DNA of 11,662 nt from Promethearchaeota archaeon. GTDB lineage: Archaea; Asgardarchaeota; Lokiarchaeia; Sigyniarchaeales; SOKP01. Made by a program: the position numbers and the translations under genes. Where the stretch lies: contig JAFGGO010000059.1 of NCBI GenBank assembly GCA_016930515.1, positions 1-11,662 on the forward strand, read 5' to 3'. The number at the start of each line of letters is the position of its first letter. Within the stretch, counting starts at the first letter, position 1. The notes under the pieces were generated by a model, which had not been told where the DNA came from, searched no databases, and was given only the letters and a program-made list of their open reading frames with translations. This document shows, one piece after another, positions 1 to 7,765 of this stretch.

Positions 1-2008
1 CTTCCTTATCTTCATTCTCAAGATCGTTGAAAGCTTTTATATTTAAGCTTTCTGTCGTGATATTTGCTGAAATCGTCTCAGCCTGATTCCTTTCTGACAA
101 TCTTGATTTCAAGTCCGTTAGCTTTCCGTTAAGATCTATAATTGATTGCTTTAAATCTTCTTCAAGTTTATGCTTCATGGAGAGTTCGGTCTTCAGTTTC
201 TTGAGTTCCAAAAGGAGTTCTTGATTTTCAGCCTTTAAATCTTGTATGATATCGCTAGCTTCATTACTGAAAGGCACGTTAAAATCTTGACTCAATCCGA
301 CTTCGATAGATTGATCTTGAGTATTTTGCTTTATTCGTTCGATTTCTTCTGAGAGTTTTTGGTTTTCGATTTCGATATTTGTAATTATTTCCTTGTATTC
401 GTCTTTATCGTTCTGTAATTCCGAAATTTGGGCTTCTAAATTCTCTTTTTCTTCTTTTATTTTCGAAATCGTTTCGAGTAGTTGCTCGTTATCCCGTTTA
501 AGTGACTCTGTTTCGTCTCGATTCATGCCCGATATTGAATTGACTCTTTCTTGGGAGTTTTCATATTTTTGTTGGAGGTCGTTGTTTGATGCACTTAATT
601 CTGCTATTTGGGCATCTTTTTGATTTAGATTTTCCTCCATTTCTTGAATATTCTTGACGTGTTCTTCTATTTCTGTTAGGATCTTTTCATATCTGTCTTT
701 TTCATCTCGAAGAGCTTCGTTAAGTTCTTGGTTTTCTACCTTTAACATTGAAATTTTTGCTTCTAAAGAACCGAATTTTTCTCCTTGGATTACTTTAACT
801 GATTGGTTATTGATGATTGATGTCATTTTTTCTATCTCTCGGTTTAGAGAAGTGATTTCCTCCTTAAGTTCTTCGTTTTCTAATTTAAGATGCTCTGAAA
901 GCTGTTCAGCCAACATCTTATCTAAGTTACTATTGTCGTGTTCGAGTGTTCCAAGGGTGGAGTTCTTAAAAGCCCTAAACCTTTCCTCATATTCTTCAAT
1001 TATTTTCTTGTATTCGTCTATTTCAGCTATTAATTGTTCCTGATCCAACTCTTCTGGTAATCCTTCTTCTTTGTCACTCTTTTTCTTCTTTTTCCTAGAT
1101 TTCTTTTTCGAACTTTTGCTCGATTCTTTTAATTCTTGCTCTAAGTCTTGGTTATGTTTTAATATTTCTTCTATTATTTTTTCTCGCTCATTTAGTTCCT
1201 CTTCTAATTTATGAATTTGTTCGTATCGCCTTTCTAATTCAACCTTTAATTGAGTTAAATCTTCTTTTTCGCGTTGGGAAACTAAATTATTAACCTGAGC
1301 CCTGAGTGATTCGATTTCAGCCTCGTAAGCCTCGTTTGAAGCGTTTAAATGGTTGAATTGTATTTCGAATTTTTCTTTCAAGTCGAAGGATGCTTTTTCT
1401 GCGCTTTCTAACGATTGTTGCAAACTAATAACCTGTGCTTGGTAGTCTTCGATTTCGAGCAAGAGGTCGTCAATGTGTTGATTTGAAGGTTCGTTATGTC
1501 CAAGAATTTCCTCTGATTTAAGACCTTTTTGCTGCAAATCTTGTAGTTTTGCATTTAATCCCTCGTTTTCTTCTGAAAGTTGCTTGAGAAGTGATTTAGC
1601 ATTTTCATCGTTCGCTCGATACATGTCGATCTCCATTGTAAGTCGCTCTAATTCTGCTCGAGCGACTTTTAATTCCTCGATAATAGATGATTCGTTCTCC
1701 AAATCATCTGCCTTCCTTTGGAGATGTTCTATGGTTTGTTTGAGGATTTCTAGGTCCCTATCCTTTTTTAAAATGTCCTGTCTTTGCGAATATATCATAT
1801 CCTTGAGAAGTTGTATGTCGTCATCTATTCCCAAGTCGCCTTTTTGATCGTTGTCTTTTAAGGATTGAATGAGCAATTTTTGCTCTTGAATCGTGAACTT
1901 CAAGCGGTTAATCTCCTCCTTGAGCGATTCTATTTTTCGCTCGAGTATCGATTGCGTCTTATTATCTTGATCAATCACATCAATCAAGCCTTTTAGGTCT
2001 TTTTCCAT
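1..2008 (-). CDS. Long coiled-coil protein of unknown function (partial, 3' end beyond the left edge; >=669 aa)
   Basis: Manual translation of the minus strand from ATG at 2008-2006 (MEKDLKGLIDVIDQDNKTQSILERKIESLKEEINRLKFTIQEQKLLIQ...) stays open to position 2 (...FNDLENEDKE). It is rich in E/K/L/Q/I with a heptad-like pattern, and I saw no Walker A motif, so it is not a canonical SMC head. It is missing from the ORF track because no stop codon falls in the window. The Ser/Phe-rich + strand ORFs here are its antisense shadow. Confidence 0.9.
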   Translation of the reverse strand, partial: MEKDLKGLIDVIDQDNKTQSILERKIESLKEEINRLKFTIQEQKLLIQSLKDNDQKGDLGIDDDIQLLKDMIYSQRQDILKKDRDLEILKQTIEHLQRKADDLENESSIIEELKVARAELERLTMEIDMYRANDENAKSLLKQLSEENEGLNAKLQDLQQKGLKSEEILGHNEPSNQHIDDLLLEIEDYQAQVISLQQSLESAEKASFDLKEKFEIQFNHLNASNEAYEAEIESLRAQVNNLVSQREKEDLTQLKVELERRYEQIHKLEEELNEREKIIEEILKHNQDLEQELKESSKSSKKKSRKKKKKSDKEEGLPEELDQEQLIAEIDEYKKIIEEYEERFRAFKNSTLGTLEHDNSNLDKMLAEQLSEHLKLENEELKEEITSLNREIEKMTSIINNQSVKVIQGEKFGSLEAKISMLKVENQELNEALRDEKDRYEKILTEIEEHVKNIQEMEENLNQKDAQIAELSASNNDLQQKYENSQERVNSISGMNRDETESLKRDNEQLLETISKIKEEKENLEAQISELQNDKDEYKEIITNIEIENQKLSEEIERIKQNTQDQSIEVGLSQDFNVPFSNEASDIIQDLKAENQELLLELKKLKTELSMKHKLEEDLKQSIIDLNGKLTDLKSRLSERNQAETISANITTESLNIKAFNDLENEDKE

Positions 2009-2046
2009 AGCTTTTCGAAACCCTTTCGTATATTTTTCGTTCTACG

Positions 2047-2056
2047 ATTTATAAAT
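2047..2056 (-). promoter_or_regulatory. Putative archaeal TATA box for the coiled-coil gene
   Basis: ATTTATAAAT (TTTATAAA core) about 40 nt upstream of the ATG at 2008. The AT-rich background weakens this call. Confidence 0.35.
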
Positions 2057-2247
2057 GGTGATTTATTCTAAAAAATGTTGGTGTCAAATATCATTCCTAA
2101 AAATTAATCGAAATCAAATTAATTTTTAAATTAATACCAGACGCTCGTGATATGTAGGTTAGAATAAATTTTAAAATACTAATCATTCAGATTTTTACAA
2201 GAGTAGATTATAATTTAAGAAATAAAAATGAATAAATTTTACCTTTC

Positions 2248-2724
2248 TCAATACACCTTAATTTCGACGATCTTGTCTCCTTGGGCGATGTTATTTACCA
2301 TGGCTTGATCTCTATCACTCACAACTTCCCCAAATATAGTATGCTTGTTGTTCAACCAATTCGTGATAATATGCGTTATGAAAAACTGAGATCCGTTTGT
2401 TCGCGGCCCTGCGTTTGCCATTGCTAATAATCCAGGTTTGTCAAACGTTCGTCCGCTCTGAAATTCATCGGGAAATGGGTAATTCACTTCTTTACCTTTA
2501 TAGGGAAATGATGTGATGCCCTTATTCCTTGGACCGCCCGTGCCCGTTCCGAGAGGACATCCGCCCTGTATCATGAAGTTATCGATGACACGATGAAAGT
2601 TTAAACCATTATAATACCCTTGTTGCACGAGATATAAAAAGCTGGCAACCGTCATAGGAGCGTCTTCGTCGAATAAGTTAAGGTGGATGCTTCCCTTGTT
2701 AGTAACTATTTCAACTTTAGTCAT
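2248..2724 (-). CDS. ppiA: Cyclophilin-type peptidyl-prolyl cis-trans isomerase
   Basis: Signature motifs FHRVIDNFMIQGG, GTGGP, LAMANAGPRTNGSQFFIT and WLNNKHTIFGEV. The catalytic Arg and the Trp/His of the cyclosporin pocket are present. Confidence 0.97.
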   Translation of the reverse strand: MTKVEIVTNKGSIHLNLFDEDAPMTVASFLYLVQQGYYNGLNFHRVIDNFMIQGGCPLGTGTGGPRNKGITSFPYKGKEVNYPFPDEFQSGRTFDKPGLLAMANAGPRTNGSQFFITHIITNWLNNKHTIFGEVVSDRDQAMVNNIAQGDKIVEIKVY

Positions 2725-2745
2725 AAAAAGAATAAATATGAACTC

Positions 2746-2761
2746 TTATAAAAATTATTTT
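2746..2761 (-). promoter_or_regulatory. Putative BRE/TATA promoter of the cyclophilin (likely leaderless transcript)
   Basis: Minus strand AAATAAT-TTTTTATAA-like element centred about 26 nt upstream of the ATG at 2724, which is archaeal TATA-to-start spacing. No Shine-Dalgarno sequence is visible. Confidence 0.45.
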
Positions 2762-2775
2762 ATGAAGCGAGATAT

Positions 2776-2793
2776 AAAAGAAAAAAAAAGAAA
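2776..2793 (-). terminator. Oligo-T archaeal-type terminator downstream of the MFS gene
   Basis: Minus strand TTTCTTTTTTTTTCTTTT starts about 13 nt after the stop at 2806. Confidence 0.4.
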
Positions 2794-2805
2794 TATAGAA
2801 ATGTT

Positions 2806-4071
2806 TTATTTAGTTGGTGGCTTTAAGACAAAAGCTATTACAGCAGCACCTAAGGACATTATTCCCATTACGACGAATAAGATTAGATAGCTTCCAAAGG
2901 CGGAAACAAACAGATTTACCATGGTAGCACCCATAAATCCGGCAATTCCATAAGCTGTAAATACTATTCCATAATTTGGTCCCAATTTCTTAGTACCAAA
3001 CAAATCTCCTGTAGCCGTGGGGAACATTGAGAAATTTCCACCGAAACAGAAGTAGATCAAGCACACAAATACCAAATAGACATAAGGATCTGTGGTGGTA
3101 AAGAAGAACGATATCATGAAAATTCCTTGAAGGATGAACATGATCATCATTGATTTTTTGTAGGAGATCTTATCAGAAAGCAAGCCCCATACAATTCTTC
3201 CAAGTCCGTTGAATAAAGCCGCAAACGCTCCAATTGTAGCGATAAAAGTAAGATCGTTGATCAAGCCCGTCGGTTGACTATTTGCGAAATCTTTATATGC
3301 ACCAATTGTCATGAGCCCACAAATTGCGCTTAAAACGAATGATAACCATAACATCCAGAATTGGGGAGTTTTAATCATTTCCTTTCGTTCAAACTCTAAT
3401 CCAGATACTCCATCTTCAACTGATGGTGGAGGTGGGGTCCAACCTGCAGGTGCCCATCCTTCGGGAGGATCTATTAGAGTTAATGCACCGATAAGAACCA
3501 TGACTAAGTATATGATACCGATCATTACGAACATCAAAATTACACTTACGCCACCTAGAGCTCTTATAACATAATTAAAGATAAAGCTTCCCGCACCAAA
3601 ACCCGCTACTGCAATTCCGTTAATCAAACCTTTTTTGTCTGGAAACCATTTTGCAGCACACGCAATAGGACATACATAGGCAAATCCTATTCCTACACCA
3701 AAAATGACACCATAGGTAATCATGAGACCCAAGAATGAACCTGCCGTGAAAGAGGATCCAATAACTCCAATTCCGAGAACGATTCCACCAATCATCGCCA
3801 CCTTCATGGGTCCAATTTTCTGTTGCAATTGACCCGCAAAGATCATGGTAATTGCAAAAGCCAAAAGGCTGACACCAAAAATATAAACTGTCATTTCTCC
3901 AGTGATGCTAGAATCAAATCCTTGCATGTATGGAGTTGCAAAAGCTGAAACGGTTGACCAACTATAAATGGTTCCTAAAGCCAATTGGACTAAAATTGCA
4001 CCAATAACAACAAACCATCTATTTTTTATGGGATTTAATTTTTCAGTAATTCCTTTGAATTTTTCCGACAT
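2806..4071 (-). CDS. MFS transporter, oxalate:formate antiporter (OFA) / monocarboxylate family
   Basis: About 12 hydrophobic segments with OFA-typical motifs NRWFVVIGAILVQLALGTIYSWS, KWFPDKKGLINGIAVAGFGAG, TPQFWMLW, NGLGRIVWGLLSDKI, GGNFSMFP and NYGIVFTAYG. Confidence 0.93.
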   Translation of the reverse strand: MSEKFKGITEKLNPIKNRWFVVIGAILVQLALGTIYSWSTVSAFATPYMQGFDSSITGEMTVYIFGVSLLAFAITMIFAGQLQQKIGPMKVAMIGGIVLGIGVIGSSFTAGSFLGLMITYGVIFGVGIGFAYVCPIACAAKWFPDKKGLINGIAVAGFGAGSFIFNYVIRALGGVSVILMFVMIGIIYLVMVLIGALTLIDPPEGWAPAGWTPPPPSVEDGVSGLEFERKEMIKTPQFWMLWLSFVLSAICGLMTIGAYKDFANSQPTGLINDLTFIATIGAFAALFNGLGRIVWGLLSDKISYKKSMMIMFILQGIFMISFFFTTTDPYVYLVFVCLIYFCFGGNFSMFPTATGDLFGTKKLGPNYGIVFTAYGIAGFMGATMVNLFVSAFGSYLILFVVMGIMSLGAAVIAFVLKPPTK

Positions 4072-4252
4072 TTTTCTGTACCTTTTTAGTAAAAATGTGT
4101 TATTTTTTAAAACATGTCAAGCTTTAAAATGTTTAAGAAATGACTTATGCCTAAAAACAATCTTTAAAAACCAAACCAAAAGCAATGAAAGATTAAAAAA
4201 TTATCATAATCTTATTACCATATCAATAAATAAATCTTCGACAGATCTCAAA

Positions 4253-6418
4253 ATGTCAGCAACAAAACCCTTGGATATATCGTTCTTTTTCAATCCAAAA
4301 TCAATTGCGATAATAGGTGCAAGCGCAACGCAAGGAAAAGTAGGTAACACTGTATTGAATAATGTCGTGAACTCAGGATACGAGGGAAAAATATATCCAA
4401 TTAATCCAAGGGAAACGGAAATTCTTGGCATCAAGGCATATAAAAGCGTATTGGATGTCAAAGAAGAGATCGAAATAGCGATTTTTGTCGTTCCTAGCAA
4501 GCTCGTTTTAGCCTCTGCGATAGAGTGCGGTGAGAAGGGCGTGAAAGGGCTCGTAGTCATTACTGCAGGTTTCAAAGAAATTGGCGAGGAAGGAGTTGAG
4601 AGAGAAGAAAAACTCATAGAAATAGGAAAACAATATAATATGAGGATCTTGGGTCCAAATTGCCTTGGATTCATAGGTATTAACTATAACGGCTCTTTTG
4701 CGGCAGAAACTCCTAAAAAAGGTCATATCGCAATGATCTCGCAATCGGGAGCCATGCTTACTGGTATGATGGATTATTCCATGTCGCAAGCCTTTGGATT
4801 TTCGTGCAATATCAGCCTTGGAAATAAAGCTGATCTGAGTGCCGTGGATTTTATCGAATATCTCGCAAATGATGATGATACAAAAGTTATACTATGTTAT
4901 TTAGAAAGCATAAAGGATGCAGAGAGGTTTCTAAAAGTATTGCCCGAGGCTACCCGAAAAAAACCGGTTATCATTTTAAAATCGGGAGTAAGTGCTGCGG
5001 GTGCGAGAGCAGCTTCAAGCCATACAGGCGCTTTAGCTGGAGCAGACATTGCCTATGAGTTAGCATTCGAAAAATCTGGAGTAATACGCGCAAAAACCAT
5101 CGAAGACTTGTTTGATTACGGGGAGATCTTTCATTTCCAACCAATTCCTAAAAATAATTCGTTTGCGATCGTGACAAACGCAGGCGGACCTGGTATCGTA
5201 GCAACTGATGCCTTCGAGCGCGAAGGCTTGAATTTCGCTTCCTTTCACGAATCTATCTTGCATAAATTACGAGAGCATTTGCCGTTAGAAGCCGCAATAT
5301 TTAATCCTATCGATATTGTCGGAGACGCAAGCCCCGAACGATACGAATTTACCTTAAAAACAATCTTTGGTATTAATGGGGATTCCAAAAATAGTTCCGA
5401 TATCACTACTGAAGGGGTTTTAGTCATTTTAACGCCTCAAGCTCAAACGAAACCAATGGATGTTGCAAAAATTGTCAAGCAAATCTATACTCAGAATTTA
5501 ATAACAAAACATAAGCCTGTTTTGTGCTCTTTTATTGGCGAAAAGTCAATCGCAAAGGCAAGAACTTTCTTAAAACAAAATTTCATACCCTGTTATAATT
5601 TTCCCGATAGAGCTGCTCACGCTTTAAAAATTTTGATAAAACGTGGAGAGTACCTTAAAACAAAGAATCTTTCCGAACGAGAAATCCCGATTTTTAATGT
5701 TAATAAACATCGAGTAAAAGAAATTTTTAACGATGTTAAAAAAGACGGACGAAAGGTTCTTTTAAGTCACGAAACGAGCGAAGTCTTTGATTGTTACGGA
5801 ATAAAATCTCCACTGTCACGCCTTGCACGCACTCCAGCAGACGCAATGACTTTACAGAGAGAAATTTGTAAGGCTGTAATGAAGATCGTTAGCCCCCAAA
5901 TTATTCACAAAACGGATGTAGGTGGGATAATTCTTAACATTGAATCACCTGAACAAGCATTCGAGGCTTACATTCAGATCGTTGAAAATGCCAAGAAATT
6001 TGGTCCTCGAAACGCACAGATTTACGGAGTAGAAGTCCAAGAAATGGTAAATTACAAACAACAAGTAAAAGTAAACGAGATCATTATAGGAGTGTCTAGA
6101 GATCCTGGATTTGGTCCTTTAATCATGTTTGGTGCTGGCGGGATCTATGCAAACTATATAAAAGATGTGAATTTTGCTTTATCTTATAAGTTTACGAAAG
6201 ATGATGCGAGAAAGCTAATCGAAAGCACCAAAGTCTACAATCTTCTACAAGGCGTTCGAGGAGAAAGTCCATCCGACATTGAAGCAATTTTAGATGTTTT
6301 GCTAAGAATATCCCAGCTAGTTAACGAATTTCCCGAAGTAGTAGAGTTGGATATCAATCCATTGTTGTCTTTCGTAAAAGGTTATAGCGCCGTCGATATT
6401 AAGATAACAATTATATGA
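4253..6418 (+). CDS. acd: ADP-forming acetate/acyl-CoA ligase (NDP-forming acyl-CoA synthetase), fused alpha-beta subunits, 721 aa
   Basis: CoA-binding N-terminus FFNPKSIAIIGAS, RILGPNCLG, SQSGA, LGNKAD, alpha phospho-His motif SSHTGALAG, TNAGGPG, NPIDIVGDA, beta His motif KIVSPQIIHKTDVGG, and ATP-grasp end ELDINP. No GNAT domain, so it is not a Pat acetyltransferase. I moved the start from 3968 to the ATG at 4253, because the upstream 95 codons overlap the MFS start and have no family character. Confidence 0.93.
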   Translation: MSATKPLDISFFFNPKSIAIIGASATQGKVGNTVLNNVVNSGYEGKIYPINPRETEILGIKAYKSVLDVKEEIEIAIFVVPSKLVLASAIECGEKGVKGLVVITAGFKEIGEEGVEREEKLIEIGKQYNMRILGPNCLGFIGINYNGSFAAETPKKGHIAMISQSGAMLTGMMDYSMSQAFGFSCNISLGNKADLSAVDFIEYLANDDDTKVILCYLESIKDAERFLKVLPEATRKKPVIILKSGVSAAGARAASSHTGALAGADIAYELAFEKSGVIRAKTIEDLFDYGEIFHFQPIPKNNSFAIVTNAGGPGIVATDAFEREGLNFASFHESILHKLREHLPLEAAIFNPIDIVGDASPERYEFTLKTIFGINGDSKNSSDITTEGVLVILTPQAQTKPMDVAKIVKQIYTQNLITKHKPVLCSFIGEKSIAKARTFLKQNFIPCYNFPDRAAHALKILIKRGEYLKTKNLSEREIPIFNVNKHRVKEIFNDVKKDGRKVLLSHETSEVFDCYGIKSPLSRLARTPADAMTLQREICKAVMKIVSPQIIHKTDVGGIILNIESPEQAFEAYIQIVENAKKFGPRNAQIYGVEVQEMVNYKQQVKVNEIIIGVSRDPGFGPLIMFGAGGIYANYIKDVNFALSYKFTKDDARKLIESTKVYNLLQGVRGESPSDIEAILDVLLRISQLVNEFPEVVELDINPLLSFVKGYSAVDIKITII

Positions 6419-6427
6419 AATAGTATT

Positions 6428-6476
6428 AAAAAGGTTTTTATATATAGCAAATAACAATTAATCTGAAAAATGAGGA
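6428..6476 (+). promoter_or_regulatory. BRE/TATA-like element plus GAGGA ribosome-binding site upstream of the COG0857 gene
   Basis: AAAAAGG followed by TTTTTATATATA (6428-6446), and GAGGA at 6472-6476, 7 nt before the ATG at 6484. Confidence 0.45.
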
Positions 6477-6483
6477 ATTAAAA

Positions 6484-7545
6484 ATGGTAAAAAACATATA
6501 TTTATGCTCCTTGGAAGAACGAGTTGGAAAAACTCTTCTTTCCATAGGAATAATGCAACATTTAAAAAATAAGGGTTATAAAGTGGCTTATTTCAAGCCT
6601 ATAGGAATTCCGAAGGCAGCATTCTCAAACAAGGCCGATATCGATGTGGGATTCATACAAAATACTATTTTGGAGATAGATTTGCCCTACGATATCGTTT
6701 CACCAGTAGCCATACCCGATTCGTTTTATATCGATCTTATTGACGCGAACAGGAAAGAAGAATATTTAGAGAAAATAAAAAGAGCCTACGATGAAATTAT
6801 AAAATATGTCGATTATGTGGTCATAGAAGGGGCTCCGAGCATAAAGAAATACATCAGGGTGGGCATTGACGACGTAACCATTGCAAAAACGTTAGGTATC
6901 GAAGAATTATTATTCGTGAATACTGACTCCTCCGATAGATGCATTGACAACTTGTTTTTCACGAAAAACTATTTCGATTTTCGAGGTATTAACATAAAAG
7001 GTATTATTTATAACATGATCGATCACGATTATATCGCAAGGATCGAAGAGCTTGAAGAAAATAACATTAAAAGATACGGTATTCCTTTGGTTGGTATAGT
7101 TGAAAAAAGATTCGAGCTTTATTCTCCACGGGTGTTAGAAATTCAGCACGCTATTGGAGCCGAATTGCTCAACGAAAGTGCAATTGCTGGACTAAGCAAT
7201 TGTGTGGAAAATTACGTGATCGGTGCCATGAACGCCCAGTCTGCCTTAAAATATTTACGTCAAGTAAAGAATTTTGCTTTCATTACCGGGGGAGATCGTT
7301 CTGACTTGATTTTAGCTGCTCTCAACCAAGAAGTGTCCACCCTAATTCTCACTGGATTCATTCAACCTGACACAAATGTGATCACGGCGGCAAACAAGAA
7401 AGAAATACCCATCCTATTAAGCCCCTCCGATACCTACACAACGATGCGAAATATAGATAGACTCAAACCAGGTCTCCAATCCGACGAGATCCAGCTCATC
7501 GCAGAATTAGTCCAGAAGGCGTTCGATTGGAGCGTATTAGAATAA
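6484..7545 (+). CDS. Phosphotransacetylase-family protein: BioD-like P-loop domain plus DRTGG domain (COG0857), lacking the catalytic PTA domain
   Basis: N-terminal IYLCSLEERVGKT P-loop, VAYFKPIG, YVVIEGA, and DRTGG-domain motifs IGAM...ITGGDRSD...LILTG...PILLSPSDTY. At 353 aa it has no room for a C-terminal PTA_PTB domain. Confidence 0.9.
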   Translation: MVKNIYLCSLEERVGKTLLSIGIMQHLKNKGYKVAYFKPIGIPKAAFSNKADIDVGFIQNTILEIDLPYDIVSPVAIPDSFYIDLIDANRKEEYLEKIKRAYDEIIKYVDYVVIEGAPSIKKYIRVGIDDVTIAKTLGIEELLFVNTDSSDRCIDNLFFTKNYFDFRGINIKGIIYNMIDHDYIARIEELEENNIKRYGIPLVGIVEKRFELYSPRVLEIQHAIGAELLNESAIAGLSNCVENYVIGAMNAQSALKYLRQVKNFAFITGGDRSDLILAALNQEVSTLILTGFIQPDTNVITAANKKEIPILLSPSDTYTTMRNIDRLKPGLQSDEIQLIAELVQKAFDWSVLE

Positions 7546-7560
7546 TTTTTTTATATTTTT
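7545..7560 (+). terminator. Oligo-T terminator after the acd-COG0857 pair
   Basis: T-rich tract TTTTTTTATATTTTT directly after the TAA. Confidence 0.4.
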
Positions 7561-7701
7561 CAATTATAAAAACCTACTCCATTCTTTCTTTTCTAAAAAT
7601 TATCTTCTTTTTTGCATAAAATTGGTCCTTATCAATTTAAATAATGATCTTAACTTCTTATTAGTAACGAAATAGGAAAATAATCAAAAGACAAAAAATC
7701 A

Positions 7702-7735
7702 AAACGGTTTTTAAGATAGAATTTATAAACCGTTT
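7702..7735 (+). promoter_or_regulatory. Inverted repeat (putative operator) overlapping a TTTATAAA box upstream of the dehydrogenase
   Basis: AAACGGTTT (7702-7710) and AAACCGTTT (7727-7735) are exact reverse complements, extendable inward to 12/13 matches. TTTATAAA lies at 7722-7729. Confidence 0.5.
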
Positions 7736-7765
7736 AATTTCGTTAAAATAACAAGATGATTTTAT

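Noticed and set aside
393-1847. + strand ORFs 393-623, 654-1043 and 1584-1847
   Set aside because: Ser/Phe/Leu-rich antisense shadows of the E/K-rich coiled-coil gene on the minus strand.
1-2008. Calling the coiled-coil protein SMC/Rad50, or a lamin/intermediate filament
   Set aside because: No N-terminal Walker A and no recognisable IF consensus. Coiled-coil composition alone does not show homology.
3968-4252. 95-aa N-terminal extension of ACD in the ORF track
   Set aside because: It overlaps the divergent MFS start and its promoter region. Family similarity begins only after the ATG at 4253.
4072-4252. Short inverted repeats in the MFS/acd divergent spacer (AAACAT/ATGTTT; AATCTTT/AAAGATT)
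   Set aside because: Only 6-7 bp in very AT-rich DNA, so they cannot be told apart from chance without comparative data.
2687-5427. Short ORFs 2687-2890, 3311-3574, 4204-4674, 4508-4789, 5060-5263 and 5245-5427
   Set aside because: They lie largely antisense to well-supported genes and show no recognisable motifs.
6484-7545. Functional phosphate acetyltransferase (pta) or dethiobiotin synthase
   Set aside because: The catalytic PTA domain is absent, and the DRTGG fusion and gene context argue against BioD.
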